DNA from: Longivirga aurantiaca
GTDB lineage: Bacteria > Actinomycetota > Actinomycetes > S36-B12 > CAIYMF01
DNA: 32,000 nt
Assembly: GCF_042660085.1 (NCBI RefSeq)
Contig: NZ_JBHSTI010000008.1
Span: forward strand, 2,265,604 to 2,297,603
Direction: 5' to 3'
Notes under the pieces: model-generated
Database searches by the model: none
Seen by the model: only the letters and a program-made list of their open reading frames with translations
Told to the model about the DNA's origin: nothing
In this document: piece after piece, positions 1 to 9,071 of the stretch
How positions within the stretch are numbered: the first letter of the stretch is position 1
Layout of the letters: each line of letters starts with the position of its first letter
Made by a program: the position numbers and the translations under genes

Positions 1-321
1 GCCGCGGCCGCGCTCATGACCGGGCGGCGGCGCCCCACCGGGATCTTCGCGGTGAGCGATGCGCTCGCCCTCGGGGTGCTGGGTGCCGCTGCGGACGCCG
101 ACCTGCACGTGCCGGGCGACGTCTCGGTCGTCGGGTTCGATGGGATCGACGAGGCCGGCTACAGCCGGCCGCCGCTCACGACCGTCGCGCAGGATCTGCG
201 CGCCCAGGGGCGCCTCGCGGGCACCGCCGCGCTCACCCTGCTCGAGGGCAGTCCGGTACAGATTCCGAGGACCGTGCCCGAGCTCGTGGTGCGGGCGAGC
301 ACCGCTCCCCCGCGTCGCTGA
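1..321 (+). CDS. LacI/GalR-family transcriptional regulator, C-terminal fragment (5' end lies outside the window)
   Basis: Frame 1 is open from the window edge to the TGA at 319-321. The segment FAVSDALALGVLGAAADADLHVPGDVSVVGFDGIDEAGYSRPPLTTVAQD is the typical sugar-binding core end of LacI-type repressors. Confidence 0.7.
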   Translation, partial: AAAALMTGRRRPTGIFAVSDALALGVLGAAADADLHVPGDVSVVGFDGIDEAGYSRPPLTTVAQDLRAQGRLAGTAALTLLEGSPVQIPRTVPELVVRASTAPPRR

Positions 322-672
322 TCAGCCCTGCAGCAGCTCGGGGTCGGACAGCCCGTCGTCCTCGCGTGCGGGCTGGGCCCGGAGTGCGGCGGAGCGGTCG
401 AGCACGCCGTCGGCGACGAACGAGGCCACGACTCCCGCGCCGCACAGGATGCACAGCGCGATGGAGATGACCCCCAGCACCGGGGTCCCGGCGAGGAGCA
501 CATCGGTGATCGCGCTGCGCGAGCTCCGGATGATCTCGCCCGTCTCCGGGTCGATGTCCGGGATGTCGGAGATCGCGTTGAAGGTCGTCGCCGAGAGCAC
601 GGCGAAGGCGAGGATCCCGAGGAGGCCGAACACCACGGCTGCGAGGACGAGACGACGACGAAGACCTGACAT
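322..672 (-). CDS. small hypothetical membrane protein (116 aa, two predicted TM helices)
   Basis: ATG at 672. Two hydrophobic stretches are present (LVLAAVVFGLLGILAFAVL and VLGVISIALCILCGAGVVASFV). Composition includes I/F/N/D, unlike the Arg/Pro-rich shadow ORFs that overlap it. No family recognised. Its stop abuts the convergent LacI stop. Confidence 0.5.
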   Translation of the reverse strand: MSGLRRRLVLAAVVFGLLGILAFAVLSATTFNAISDIPDIDPETGEIIRSSRSAITDVLLAGTPVLGVISIALCILCGAGVVASFVADGVLDRSAALRAQPAREDDGLSDPELLQG

Positions 673-753
673 GTGGCACCCCCCGGTGCCGGCGGTCCCT
701 CCGCCGACGCCCCGACCGTAGTGCAGGTGGGGTGCCGGATGCCTCAGCGACGC

Positions 754-1410
754 TCAGCGGCTGGTGGGCACGACCGAGAGGCGCACAGGGCCGGCGCTGT
801 TGCGCACGAAGACCTGCCCCGCGGGGGTCACGAGGCGCTTCCACCCCGTGGTGGTGCCGGTCTCGATGCGGGCACCGGGATGGGTGAGGAAGCCGAGCAG
901 CCGCGCGGCATGCAGAGCGCGCATCGGCACGCCGCCCCAGCCTGCGGCGTCCCACGCGGCCTCGGCCACGAGCTCGGCGTGGAACGAGCCGTTGCTCGGC
1001 ACCGCGGCGCGGAACGCGGCGACCGCGGCGTCCACCTTGGGCGTCACGTCGCCGGCCATGCCGCGCTCGCCCGGGCTCCACGGCGTACGCGGTGGCAGCA
1101 CCGCGAGCGACGCCGATCCGGTGACGGGGTCGGGGATGACGACGTCGGTCTCCGGCGCCAGCCGGGCGACGTCGCCGATCACGTCGCGCAGACGTCCGGC
1201 CGACACCGTGGTGTCGATCGAGTCCTCGACCGGGTGCACCAGGGGCAGCGCGACGAGGACGAGCACGTCCATCGGGCTCGGGCCGTAGACGCCGACGACG
1301 CCCCCGCGCGCCTGCAGCCGGACGGCTGAGCGCTCGTCCCACGAGACGAGACGGCCGAGGTACGCCGCGAGGTACGCGACCTCGTCCTTGGCCAGCCTGA
1401 GCGTCGTCAC
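754..1410 (-). CDS. conserved-looking hypothetical protein (218 aa)
   Basis: It begins 13 nt after the thioesterase stop on the same strand, so it is the last gene of the ettA-thioesterase string. Amino-acid composition is balanced. No motif recognised. Confidence 0.6.
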   Translation of the reverse strand: MTTLRLAKDEVAYLAAYLGRLVSWDERSAVRLQARGGVVGVYGPSPMDVLVLVALPLVHPVEDSIDTTVSAGRLRDVIGDVARLAPETDVVIPDPVTGSASLAVLPPRTPWSPGERGMAGDVTPKVDAAVAAFRAAVPSNGSFHAELVAEAAWDAAGWGGVPMRALHAARLLGFLTHPGARIETGTTTGWKRLVTPAGQVFVRNSAGPVRLSVVPTSR

Positions 1411-1423
1411 GGGGGCAACCCTG

Positions 1424-1840
1424 TCAGGAAGCCGGACCGTCCGCGAACTGTGCGAGGTAGCCGCGCAACGAGTCGTCGAGCGGGGCGGGCCGCATGCTCC
1501 CGTTGTCGACCTGCACGAGCACGGACCGCCCGACGGCGTAGACCGTGTCGCCCTCGGGCTCGCGGATCTCGTGGACGAACGTGTACGACGTCGTGCCGAT
1601 GCGCTCGACCCAGGTGTCGACGGCGATCGGCTCGTCCCGGTGGTTGAGCACCGCGCGGTAGTCGAGCTCGAGCCGGGCCACCACGGTGTCCTGCTGCGGA
1701 TGCCGGAGCCCGCCCCGCCACCGCAGGATGATCTCCATGCGGGCCTCCTGCAGGTACGTCGCGTAGACGACGTTGTTCACATGGCCGAGCCAGTCGAGGT
1801 CGGCCGTGCGGGTCTGCAGCAGGTAGCGGTGGCGGGCCAC
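1424..1840 (-). CDS. hotdog-fold acyl-CoA thioesterase (4HBT/YbgC-like)
   Basis: The motif DLDWLGHVNNVVYATYLQEAR is typical of 4HBT-type thioesterases. I prefer the GTG at 1840, 8 nt downstream of the ettA stop. The ORF-track start at 1879 would overlap ettA by 32 nt. Confidence 0.75.
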   Translation of the reverse strand: MARHRYLLQTRTADLDWLGHVNNVVYATYLQEARMEIILRWRGGLRHPQQDTVVARLELDYRAVLNHRDEPIAVDTWVERIGTTSYTFVHEIREPEGDTVYAVGRSVLVQVDNGSMRPAPLDDSLRGYLAQFADGPAS

Positions 1841-1847
1841 GGGCGCG

Positions 1848-3545
<1,698 letters not shown>

Positions 3546-3644
3546 GGGCCGACAGCCTACGGGAGCGGGAGGCCATGGCCTCGCCAGCCCACCTGGGCCG
3601 GAGGCCCGGTGGAGGCACCTCGTCCCCGCCGGGCCTCCGCCCGG

Positions 3645-4082
3645 TCAGGCGGCGGCGCCTGAGTGCTCGACCACGACGGTCTCGGGCTCGGCTACGCCGG
3701 ACGTACCGGCGACGTCCGCCGTCTGCGGGCCGCGTGGCGCCCGCTCGAACCGGGCTCGCCCCCACGACAGGTCGTGCCCGATGGCATCGGCCTCGACCTC
3801 GACCACGGTGTGGCTCTGCCCGTCCTTCTCGTACTCCCGCTGGCGGAGCCGGCCGACCACGAGCACGGGCTGGCCGAGCGCCAGCGAGTCGGCCACGTGC
3901 TCGGCGAGCCGTCGCCACGCCGAGACCTGGAGGTAGACCGTGCGGCTGCGCCACTGCCCCGACTTCTTGTCGAACCAGTCGTCGTTCACTGCCATCCGGA
4001 AGTTGGCCACGGCGCCGCCCGCGGTCGCCCGCAGGGTGACGTTGCTCGTGAGGTTGCCGGCCAGGGTGAGGGTGGAGCGCAC
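3645..4082 (-). CDS. single-stranded DNA-binding protein paralogue (SSBb-like, no acidic C-terminal tip)
   Basis: An OB-fold SSB pattern is present (LAGNLTSNVTLRATAGGAVANFRMAVNDDWFDKKSGQWRSRTVYLQVSAWRRLAEHV ... GQPVLVVGRLRQREYEKDG). The GTG at 4082 is chosen as start because the upstream part of the 232-aa ORF overlaps the tRNA gene and is Arg/Pro-rich. The C-terminus ends ...VVVEHSGAAA and lacks the D-D-x-P-F tail. Confidence 0.8.
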   Translation of the reverse strand: MRSTLTLAGNLTSNVTLRATAGGAVANFRMAVNDDWFDKKSGQWRSRTVYLQVSAWRRLAEHVADSLALGQPVLVVGRLRQREYEKDGQSHTVVEVEADAIGHDLSWGRARFERAPRGPQTADVAGTSGVAEPETVVVEHSGAAA

Positions 4083-4262
4083 GGTGACCTCCGTGTGCCG
4101 GGGCCGCCCGCTGCGACCCGCCTGCGGCCGACGATGGCCCCGCTCCTCCCCCGCCGCCGGCCGCGGGCGCGAGCGCCTGTGGACGACGCACCGCGCGGCC
4201 GTGCCTGGGGAACGACGACGTGTCCCGGGCACGGCACAATGTGTGCGGGCCGCAGGGCCCAG

Positions 4263-4335
4263 GCGCCCGTAGCTCAATGGATAGAGCAGCCGGTTTCTAC
4301 CCGGCTGGTTGGGGGTTCGAGTCCCTCCGGGCGCG
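4263..4335 (+). tRNA. tRNA-Arg (anticodon TCT)
   Basis: A manual cloverleaf fits. The acceptor stem pairs GCGCCCG with CGGGCGC. The D arm is GCTC-AATGGATA-GAGC. The anticodon arm is GCCGG-TTTCTAC-CCGGC, with TCT at positions 34-36. The T arm is GGGGG-TTCGAGT-CCCTC and the discriminator is G. CCA is not encoded. Confidence 0.9.
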
Positions 4336-4397
4336 CCGGCCACCGGTCAGCTGCCCTCACCGAGTGCTGACCCTCGGCGCTGCGCCCACCGCTCGGC

Positions 4398-5411
4398 CTA
4401 GACGGCGTCCGGGTGGGAGCTGGCCGGGTCCAGCCGCACCGCGCCTGCGCCGTGCCCGAGGCGTTCGCGAAGCACCGCGCGATCGCCGGTGGCCGGCTCG
4501 GTGGTCGCGAGGAAGTCGAGCAGGGCGCGGGCGAAGCGCTCCGGCTCGTCCTGGTGGGGGAAGTGCCCGGACTGCTCGAACAGCTCGAGCCGGCTGCCGG
4601 CGATCCACTCGTGCGCGGCGTACGCGTGCGACACCGGGATGAGGCCGTCCTTCGCGCCCCAGACGATCAGCGTCGGCCGCCCGGTGCTCAGGTAGAGGCG
4701 GTCACTGGCGCTGATCCGCTGGCCGCCCGGGTCGATGACGCTGCGCACGGTGTGGACGAACGCCGTGCGGGCCGGAAGGTCGGCGAGGGACGCGTAGCCG
4801 CGCGCCGCCTCGAGCACGGACGGCGACGGCCGCACGGGGGACCATCGGAGCAGGCGTCCGACCGACGCGGCGGCGACGGCGATCCGATGGTGCGCGATCA
4901 CGGGGAGCACGAGCTCCGCGCCCGGGAGCGACGCCGCGCGCAGCACCCAGCTGACCTCGCGCCCGAGCCCGCCGCTGGCGACGAGGCCGAGGCGCTCGGT
5001 GTACTCGGGGAACTGGTAGGCGAACTGCATCGCCACGCCGCCCCCCAGCGAGTGGCCGACGACCGTCGCACTCGAGTGCCCGAGCTTCTCGAGCAGATCT
5101 CGCAGCCCTGCGGCGAAGGCACCGAGCGAGTAGTCGCCCCGCGGCTTGTCAGACTCCCCGTGCCCCAGGAGATCCGGGGCGATCACGTGCGCCTCGCGCG
5201 ACAGCGCGGACATGACGGGATCCCACGTCGCGCTGCTGCTCGTGAGGCCGTGCACGAGGACCAGCACCGGAAGGTCCGGGTCGCCCGCGACCCTGTAGGC
5301 GGTGCGATGACCGTGCAGCAGGGTCTCGGTGCGCCGCACCTCGGAGCCACCGACGTCAGCCATGCCCCCACCCTGCCACCCCGGGATCGTCGATGAGACC
5401 CGGGCGGTCAC
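4398..5411 (-). CDS. alpha/beta-fold hydrolase
   Basis: Motifs present: HG oxyanion region (VLVLVHGLTSSSATW), nucleophile elbow GHSLGGG, and a C-terminal GHFPHQDEPERF histidine motif. The GTG at 5411 overlaps the upstream gene's TGA as GTGA, indicating translational coupling. The ATG at 5363 is an alternative start. Confidence 0.85.
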   Translation of the reverse strand: MTARVSSTIPGWQGGGMADVGGSEVRRTETLLHGHRTAYRVAGDPDLPVLVLVHGLTSSSATWDPVMSALSREAHVIAPDLLGHGESDKPRGDYSLGAFAAGLRDLLEKLGHSSATVVGHSLGGGVAMQFAYQFPEYTERLGLVASGGLGREVSWVLRAASLPGAELVLPVIAHHRIAVAAASVGRLLRWSPVRPSPSVLEAARGYASLADLPARTAFVHTVRSVIDPGGQRISASDRLYLSTGRPTLIVWGAKDGLIPVSHAYAAHEWIAGSRLELFEQSGHFPHQDEPERFARALLDFLATTEPATGDRAVLRERLGHGAGAVRLDPASSHPDAV

Positions 5412-7468
5412 ACCGCTGCGGGCACTCCCTCACGCGCCCGCAGCGCGCGCTCGCGCACCCGGGCGATGTCGGCGTCGGTGTAGGCGCCGTTCACACCGGA
5501 GATCACGGCGAGCTGCATGCCGTGCTTGAGGCCGAGCTTGTAGATCTCCTTGACCTTCTCCCACTCGATCTCGCGCCCGACGGTGAAGGTCTCGTAGCGG
5601 CCCTCGAGCGCCAGTACGACGGTCTCGGCCAGGCAGGCGTACGCGACCCCCGGGGGCAGTCCGATGCTGCGCATCCGGACGTCGCCGGGCAGCTCGATCT
5701 CGCCGGACTCGATCACGAGCACGTCGGGTCGCTTCGCGACGTCCTCGGCCGACAGGTCGAGCGGGCGTGCGACGTCGGTGATCACGCAGCCGGGCTTGAC
5801 CTTCATGATGTCGAGCACCCGCTTGCCCGCCCCCGAGGTCGCCGTGACCACGAGATCGACATCCGGCAGGTGCCTCTCGGCGGTCGCGGCGATGTGGATG
5901 GTCGCGCGGTGGTCGGAGCGCTCGATGTCGTGCTTGAGCGCCAGGAGCTTGGCCGACTCCGGCGAGACCAGCCACAGCTCATCGCACGACAGCGCGAGCA
6001 GTCGGGCGCAGACCGAGCCGATCGAGCCGGTCGCCCCCACCACCATGGCGTGTGCGAGGAGTCGACCGTCGGCGTCCCGCTCCACGAGGCCGAGCCGCAC
6101 CACTGCGTCGTGCGCGGCCCACAGCGCGCCCGCCGCGCTGTAGCTGTTGCCCGTCGTGACCGGCAGGGGTGCCTGTCGAGCGACGGTGACTCCGGCGTCG
6201 CCCACCACCTTGGTGAACGCGCCGAGACCCATCACCTGCGCCCCGTGCTTGCGGGCGGTCTCGGCGGCTGCGAGCAGCCGCCCGTAGGTGAACTCCGGGC
6301 TGTGGGCCATCAGCTCCCTCGGCGTGCCGCCGACCGAGATGAGCCAGCCCTCCGCCTCAGCCCCCGTGGGTGACTTGATCCCCGTGACGTGGCCGTAGGT
6401 GAACGGTGGGAGGTACGCCACCGCCTTCTCCACCACGTCGAGCACCACCGGCGGCGCATGCCGGACGACGGTCGCCAGCGGCTCGACGTTGCGGAAGAAG
6501 TCCTGGGACAGCGGATGGATCACGAAGGCGAAGCGACTCTTGCGACGAGGGCCGTTGGGTGAGAGAACCCGTGGCGCCAGGCCGGCGGCCACGATCCGGT
6601 CGAGCAGGTCATCCTCGCTCAGGCTGCCCTCCGCCGTCGACGTGGCGATCATCAGCGCCTCGAGGACGGCAGCCGTCACGGTGAACGAGAAGGGCTGCGG
6701 TGTCGAGTCGATGACCATGTCGACGTCGCGGGCCGCGAGGTCGGCCAGCCGGTGGTCGGACACGGCCGAGGTCACGACGGTCTTGCCCGCGAGGTCGGCG
6801 AGGCGGACGGCGGCCAGCTCGTCGAAGGTCGCCACGATGACATCGCAGCTGCGAGCGCTCCGGCGCGCCGCGTCGGTGCTCAAGTACTGCCCCGGCGCGA
6901 GCGCGCGGGACGCCAGGCCCTCGGGAACGGACCCGCCCAGGACGGCGAGCAGCGACGCCGCCGGCGCCAGGAGCGGCGTCGCCCTCAGGCGGCCGTCGAC
7001 GTCGAGCCGGCGCAGCAGGTCGGCGTAGACGATGTTGGACGTGTGCTCGCGCAGGACCTGCACCGCGCGCTCGTGATTCGCCCCGCCGAGCACCACGGTG
7101 CGGGCATTGGTGAAGTACCCGGGCATCTCGGCTTGGACATGACGCACCGCCCAGTCCTGCAGTACGCCGTGCAGCTGCCGGCCGTCCGTCACGGGCACGC
7201 CGCCCGCTGCACCGCGCAGGCGCTCCACGACCTCGGGTGCGCCGTCACGCCGTCCGCCGCCCCGGCCCTCCCAGATGCCGGTCACCGCGATGGCGGCCGC
7301 CTCCGGCGCCCACTTGGCGACCAGCGACTCGGCGGCCGCCTCGTCGCCGTCCGTGCCCAGGCGGACGATCCGGAACGCGCGATCCAGGAAGCGCACGTGC
7401 TGGTCGTAGTCCTCGTCGGACCCGGCGAGGCTCACCACCAGCACCAGCTGGACGGCCGGCTCGGTCAT
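5408..7468 (-). CDS. 686-aa two-domain protein: unrecognised N-terminal domain (about 310 aa) fused to an acyl-ACP reductase (AAR)-like NAD(P)-binding domain
   Basis: Start is the ATG at 7468 (MTEPAVQLVLVV); the upstream 42 codons of the ORF are Arg/Trp-rich. From RFAFVIHPLSQDFF onward the C-terminal half parallels my memory of cyanobacterial AAR. FGLIGHLTSLEQA corresponds to FAFVIHPLSQDFF. VVGATGDIGSAVCRWL corresponds to VVGATGSIGSVCARLL. FACFAEAMLLEFEG...GRNQITIEKMEAIGEASVRHGF corresponds to YACLAETVVLALEG...GREIEWEKVKEIYKLGLKHGM. Confidence 0.8.
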   Translation of the reverse strand: MTEPAVQLVLVVSLAGSDEDYDQHVRFLDRAFRIVRLGTDGDEAAAESLVAKWAPEAAAIAVTGIWEGRGGGRRDGAPEVVERLRGAAGGVPVTDGRQLHGVLQDWAVRHVQAEMPGYFTNARTVVLGGANHERAVQVLREHTSNIVYADLLRRLDVDGRLRATPLLAPAASLLAVLGGSVPEGLASRALAPGQYLSTDAARRSARSCDVIVATFDELAAVRLADLAGKTVVTSAVSDHRLADLAARDVDMVIDSTPQPFSFTVTAAVLEALMIATSTAEGSLSEDDLLDRIVAAGLAPRVLSPNGPRRKSRFAFVIHPLSQDFFRNVEPLATVVRHAPPVVLDVVEKAVAYLPPFTYGHVTGIKSPTGAEAEGWLISVGGTPRELMAHSPEFTYGRLLAAAETARKHGAQVMGLGAFTKVVGDAGVTVARQAPLPVTTGNSYSAAGALWAAHDAVVRLGLVERDADGRLLAHAMVVGATGSIGSVCARLLALSCDELWLVSPESAKLLALKHDIERSDHRATIHIAATAERHLPDVDLVVTATSGAGKRVLDIMKVKPGCVITDVARPLDLSAEDVAKRPDVLVIESGEIELPGDVRMRSIGLPPGVAYACLAETVVLALEGRYETFTVGREIEWEKVKEIYKLGLKHGMQLAVISGVNGAYTDADIARVRERALRAREGVPAAV

Positions 7469-7529
7469 CGTTGCGGCTCCTCGCTGCTCGGGGGTCGGTG
7501 CGGTGGACGGCGACGTCGAGGCTGGGCGC

Positions 7530-8627
7530 TCACACCATCGCCGCCGAGCCCACCTCGGGATGGTCCGCCATGAAGTCCAGGAGCGTGTCCGCATAGTCGG
7601 CGAACGCCGGGCACCGCACGCCCGTCCCCTGGAGGTCGCGCTCCGTGGCTGTGGTGGAGTACGTCGTACTCGAGGCGAAGTAGTCCAGGCCCTCGGCGGG
7701 GATCCCCAGGAGCCGCTCGAGACCGGGAATGCCGCCCAGCAGGGTGCGGGCGAGCCTCAGAGGCAGCGGCACCCAGACCACGCGCTTGCCCAGGTGGTGG
7801 GCGAACGTGTCGACGAGCGTGCGCACCGTGGGTGGGTGTGGGTCGGTCAACGCGTACGTGCGCCCCAGCGAGCAGTCCAGGACCGACAGCTCGTCCATCG
7901 CTCGGATCACGAAGTCGCGCGGCACCAGGGAGATGCGCACCCTGTCGGCGTCGCCGACTGCCGGCACCACAGCGATCGGACCCTGCCGCCGCAGGAAGGA
8001 CGCCAGGAAGTAAGGACCGTCGTACTTCTGGGTCGCGCCCGAGACGGAGTCGCCCACGACGATGCCCGGTCGGTAGATCGTGGCGGGGAGGCCTCCTGCC
8101 ATCGCCTTGCGCACGAGCATCTCGGCGTCGAACTTGGTCGCCTCGTAGTGATTGAGGAACGACTGGCCCTCATCGAGGGAGTCCTCGGCGAACACCCCGT
8201 CGTACCGGCCGCTCACGTAGCACGTGCTGACGTACTGGAGACGTGACAGACCGCGGAGCGCGGCGCAGACCTCGAGCACGCGGGCGGTGCCCTCCACGTT
8301 GACCCTGCGTGCCAGCTGCTCCCCGACGGTCAGGTCGTAGACGGCGGCCAGGTGCCATACCTCGCTGACGTCAGCGAGGCCTGCTCGGTCGTCCGCCCGG
8401 AGCCCGAGCCACGGCTCGGTGATGTCGCCCTCGACGACGACGACCCGGCCGGCCAGGTCCGGCTCGGACGCGACGAGCTCATCCACCCGGTGGCGGGCCG
8501 TGGTCAGATGCTGGGCCTGGACGACGCAGAGGGCGCGAGCGCCGTCGCGTCGCGCGAGCAGCCGCGGGAGCAGGGCGGAGGCCAGGAATCCCGGGAAACC
8601 GGTCACGAGGATGTCGGACATGCTCAT
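7530..8627 (-). CDS. SDR-type thioester reductase / fatty acyl-CoA reductase-like protein (NAD_binding_4 family)
   Basis: The N-terminal Rossmann motif ILVTGFPGFLAS follows directly after the ATG at 8627 (a second ATG lies at 8621). GAGAAGG lies just upstream. A YEATK catalytic Y-x3-K is present, and overall the protein resembles terminal reductase (R) domains. The ORF-track start at 8882 adds 85 Arg-rich codons and is rejected. Confidence 0.85.
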   Translation of the reverse strand: MSMSDILVTGFPGFLASALLPRLLARRDGARALCVVQAQHLTTARHRVDELVASEPDLAGRVVVVEGDITEPWLGLRADDRAGLADVSEVWHLAAVYDLTVGEQLARRVNVEGTARVLEVCAALRGLSRLQYVSTCYVSGRYDGVFAEDSLDEGQSFLNHYEATKFDAEMLVRKAMAGGLPATIYRPGIVVGDSVSGATQKYDGPYFLASFLRRQGPIAVVPAVGDADRVRISLVPRDFVIRAMDELSVLDCSLGRTYALTDPHPPTVRTLVDTFAHHLGKRVVWVPLPLRLARTLLGGIPGLERLLGIPAEGLDYFASSTTYSTTATERDLQGTGVRCPAFADYADTLLDFMADHPEVGSAAMV

Positions 8628-9071
8628 CGCCTTCTCACGGGCGCGGTCCCCCACCGAGAGCGGCAGGCCGGACCGTGGCCCGGCCTTCATTCTCACGCGG
8701 GTTCGACGCGGTGTCGCGCGTCCTGCCGACGGTGAGACCGACGACACCCGGCGATCAGCCATCTGCCTCCCCCCGACGTCGATGGCCCCGCTACGCACGG
8801 CTTCGCCCCGGCACCCGTCCCGTGCGGTTGCGGCGACCGGCCGGCTCTGGATACGGCGGAGAGCCTGCACTCGGCGCGGCACGGTGGCCCTTCCTGCCGA
8901 GGCGGTTCGCCTCGGAGCGCCGGGCCGGGTCGCGTCCCACCCCGTGGTCCGTGATTCCTCCTCGACCGGGGGCCCGCAGCCGCAGGCATCCGGGTGGAAC
9001 CCGGCCCCCGTACGGCCGCACCCAGGTGTCGCGAATCGATCGCGTCGACCCTGACGGAGCGGATCGAGGGG

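Noticed and set aside
4345-4372. The hairpin GGTCAGC-N14-GCTGACC between tRNA-Arg and the hydrolase stop, as a terminator.
   Set aside because: The stem is short, the loop is large, and a competing CCGAG/CTCGG pairing exists. This is too weak to annotate.
4263-8627. The idea that the reductase/hydrolase operon is a genomic island integrated at tRNA-Arg.
   Set aside because: I found no integrase or recombinase gene and no direct repeat of the tRNA 3' end. There is no obvious compositional shift relative to flanking genes.
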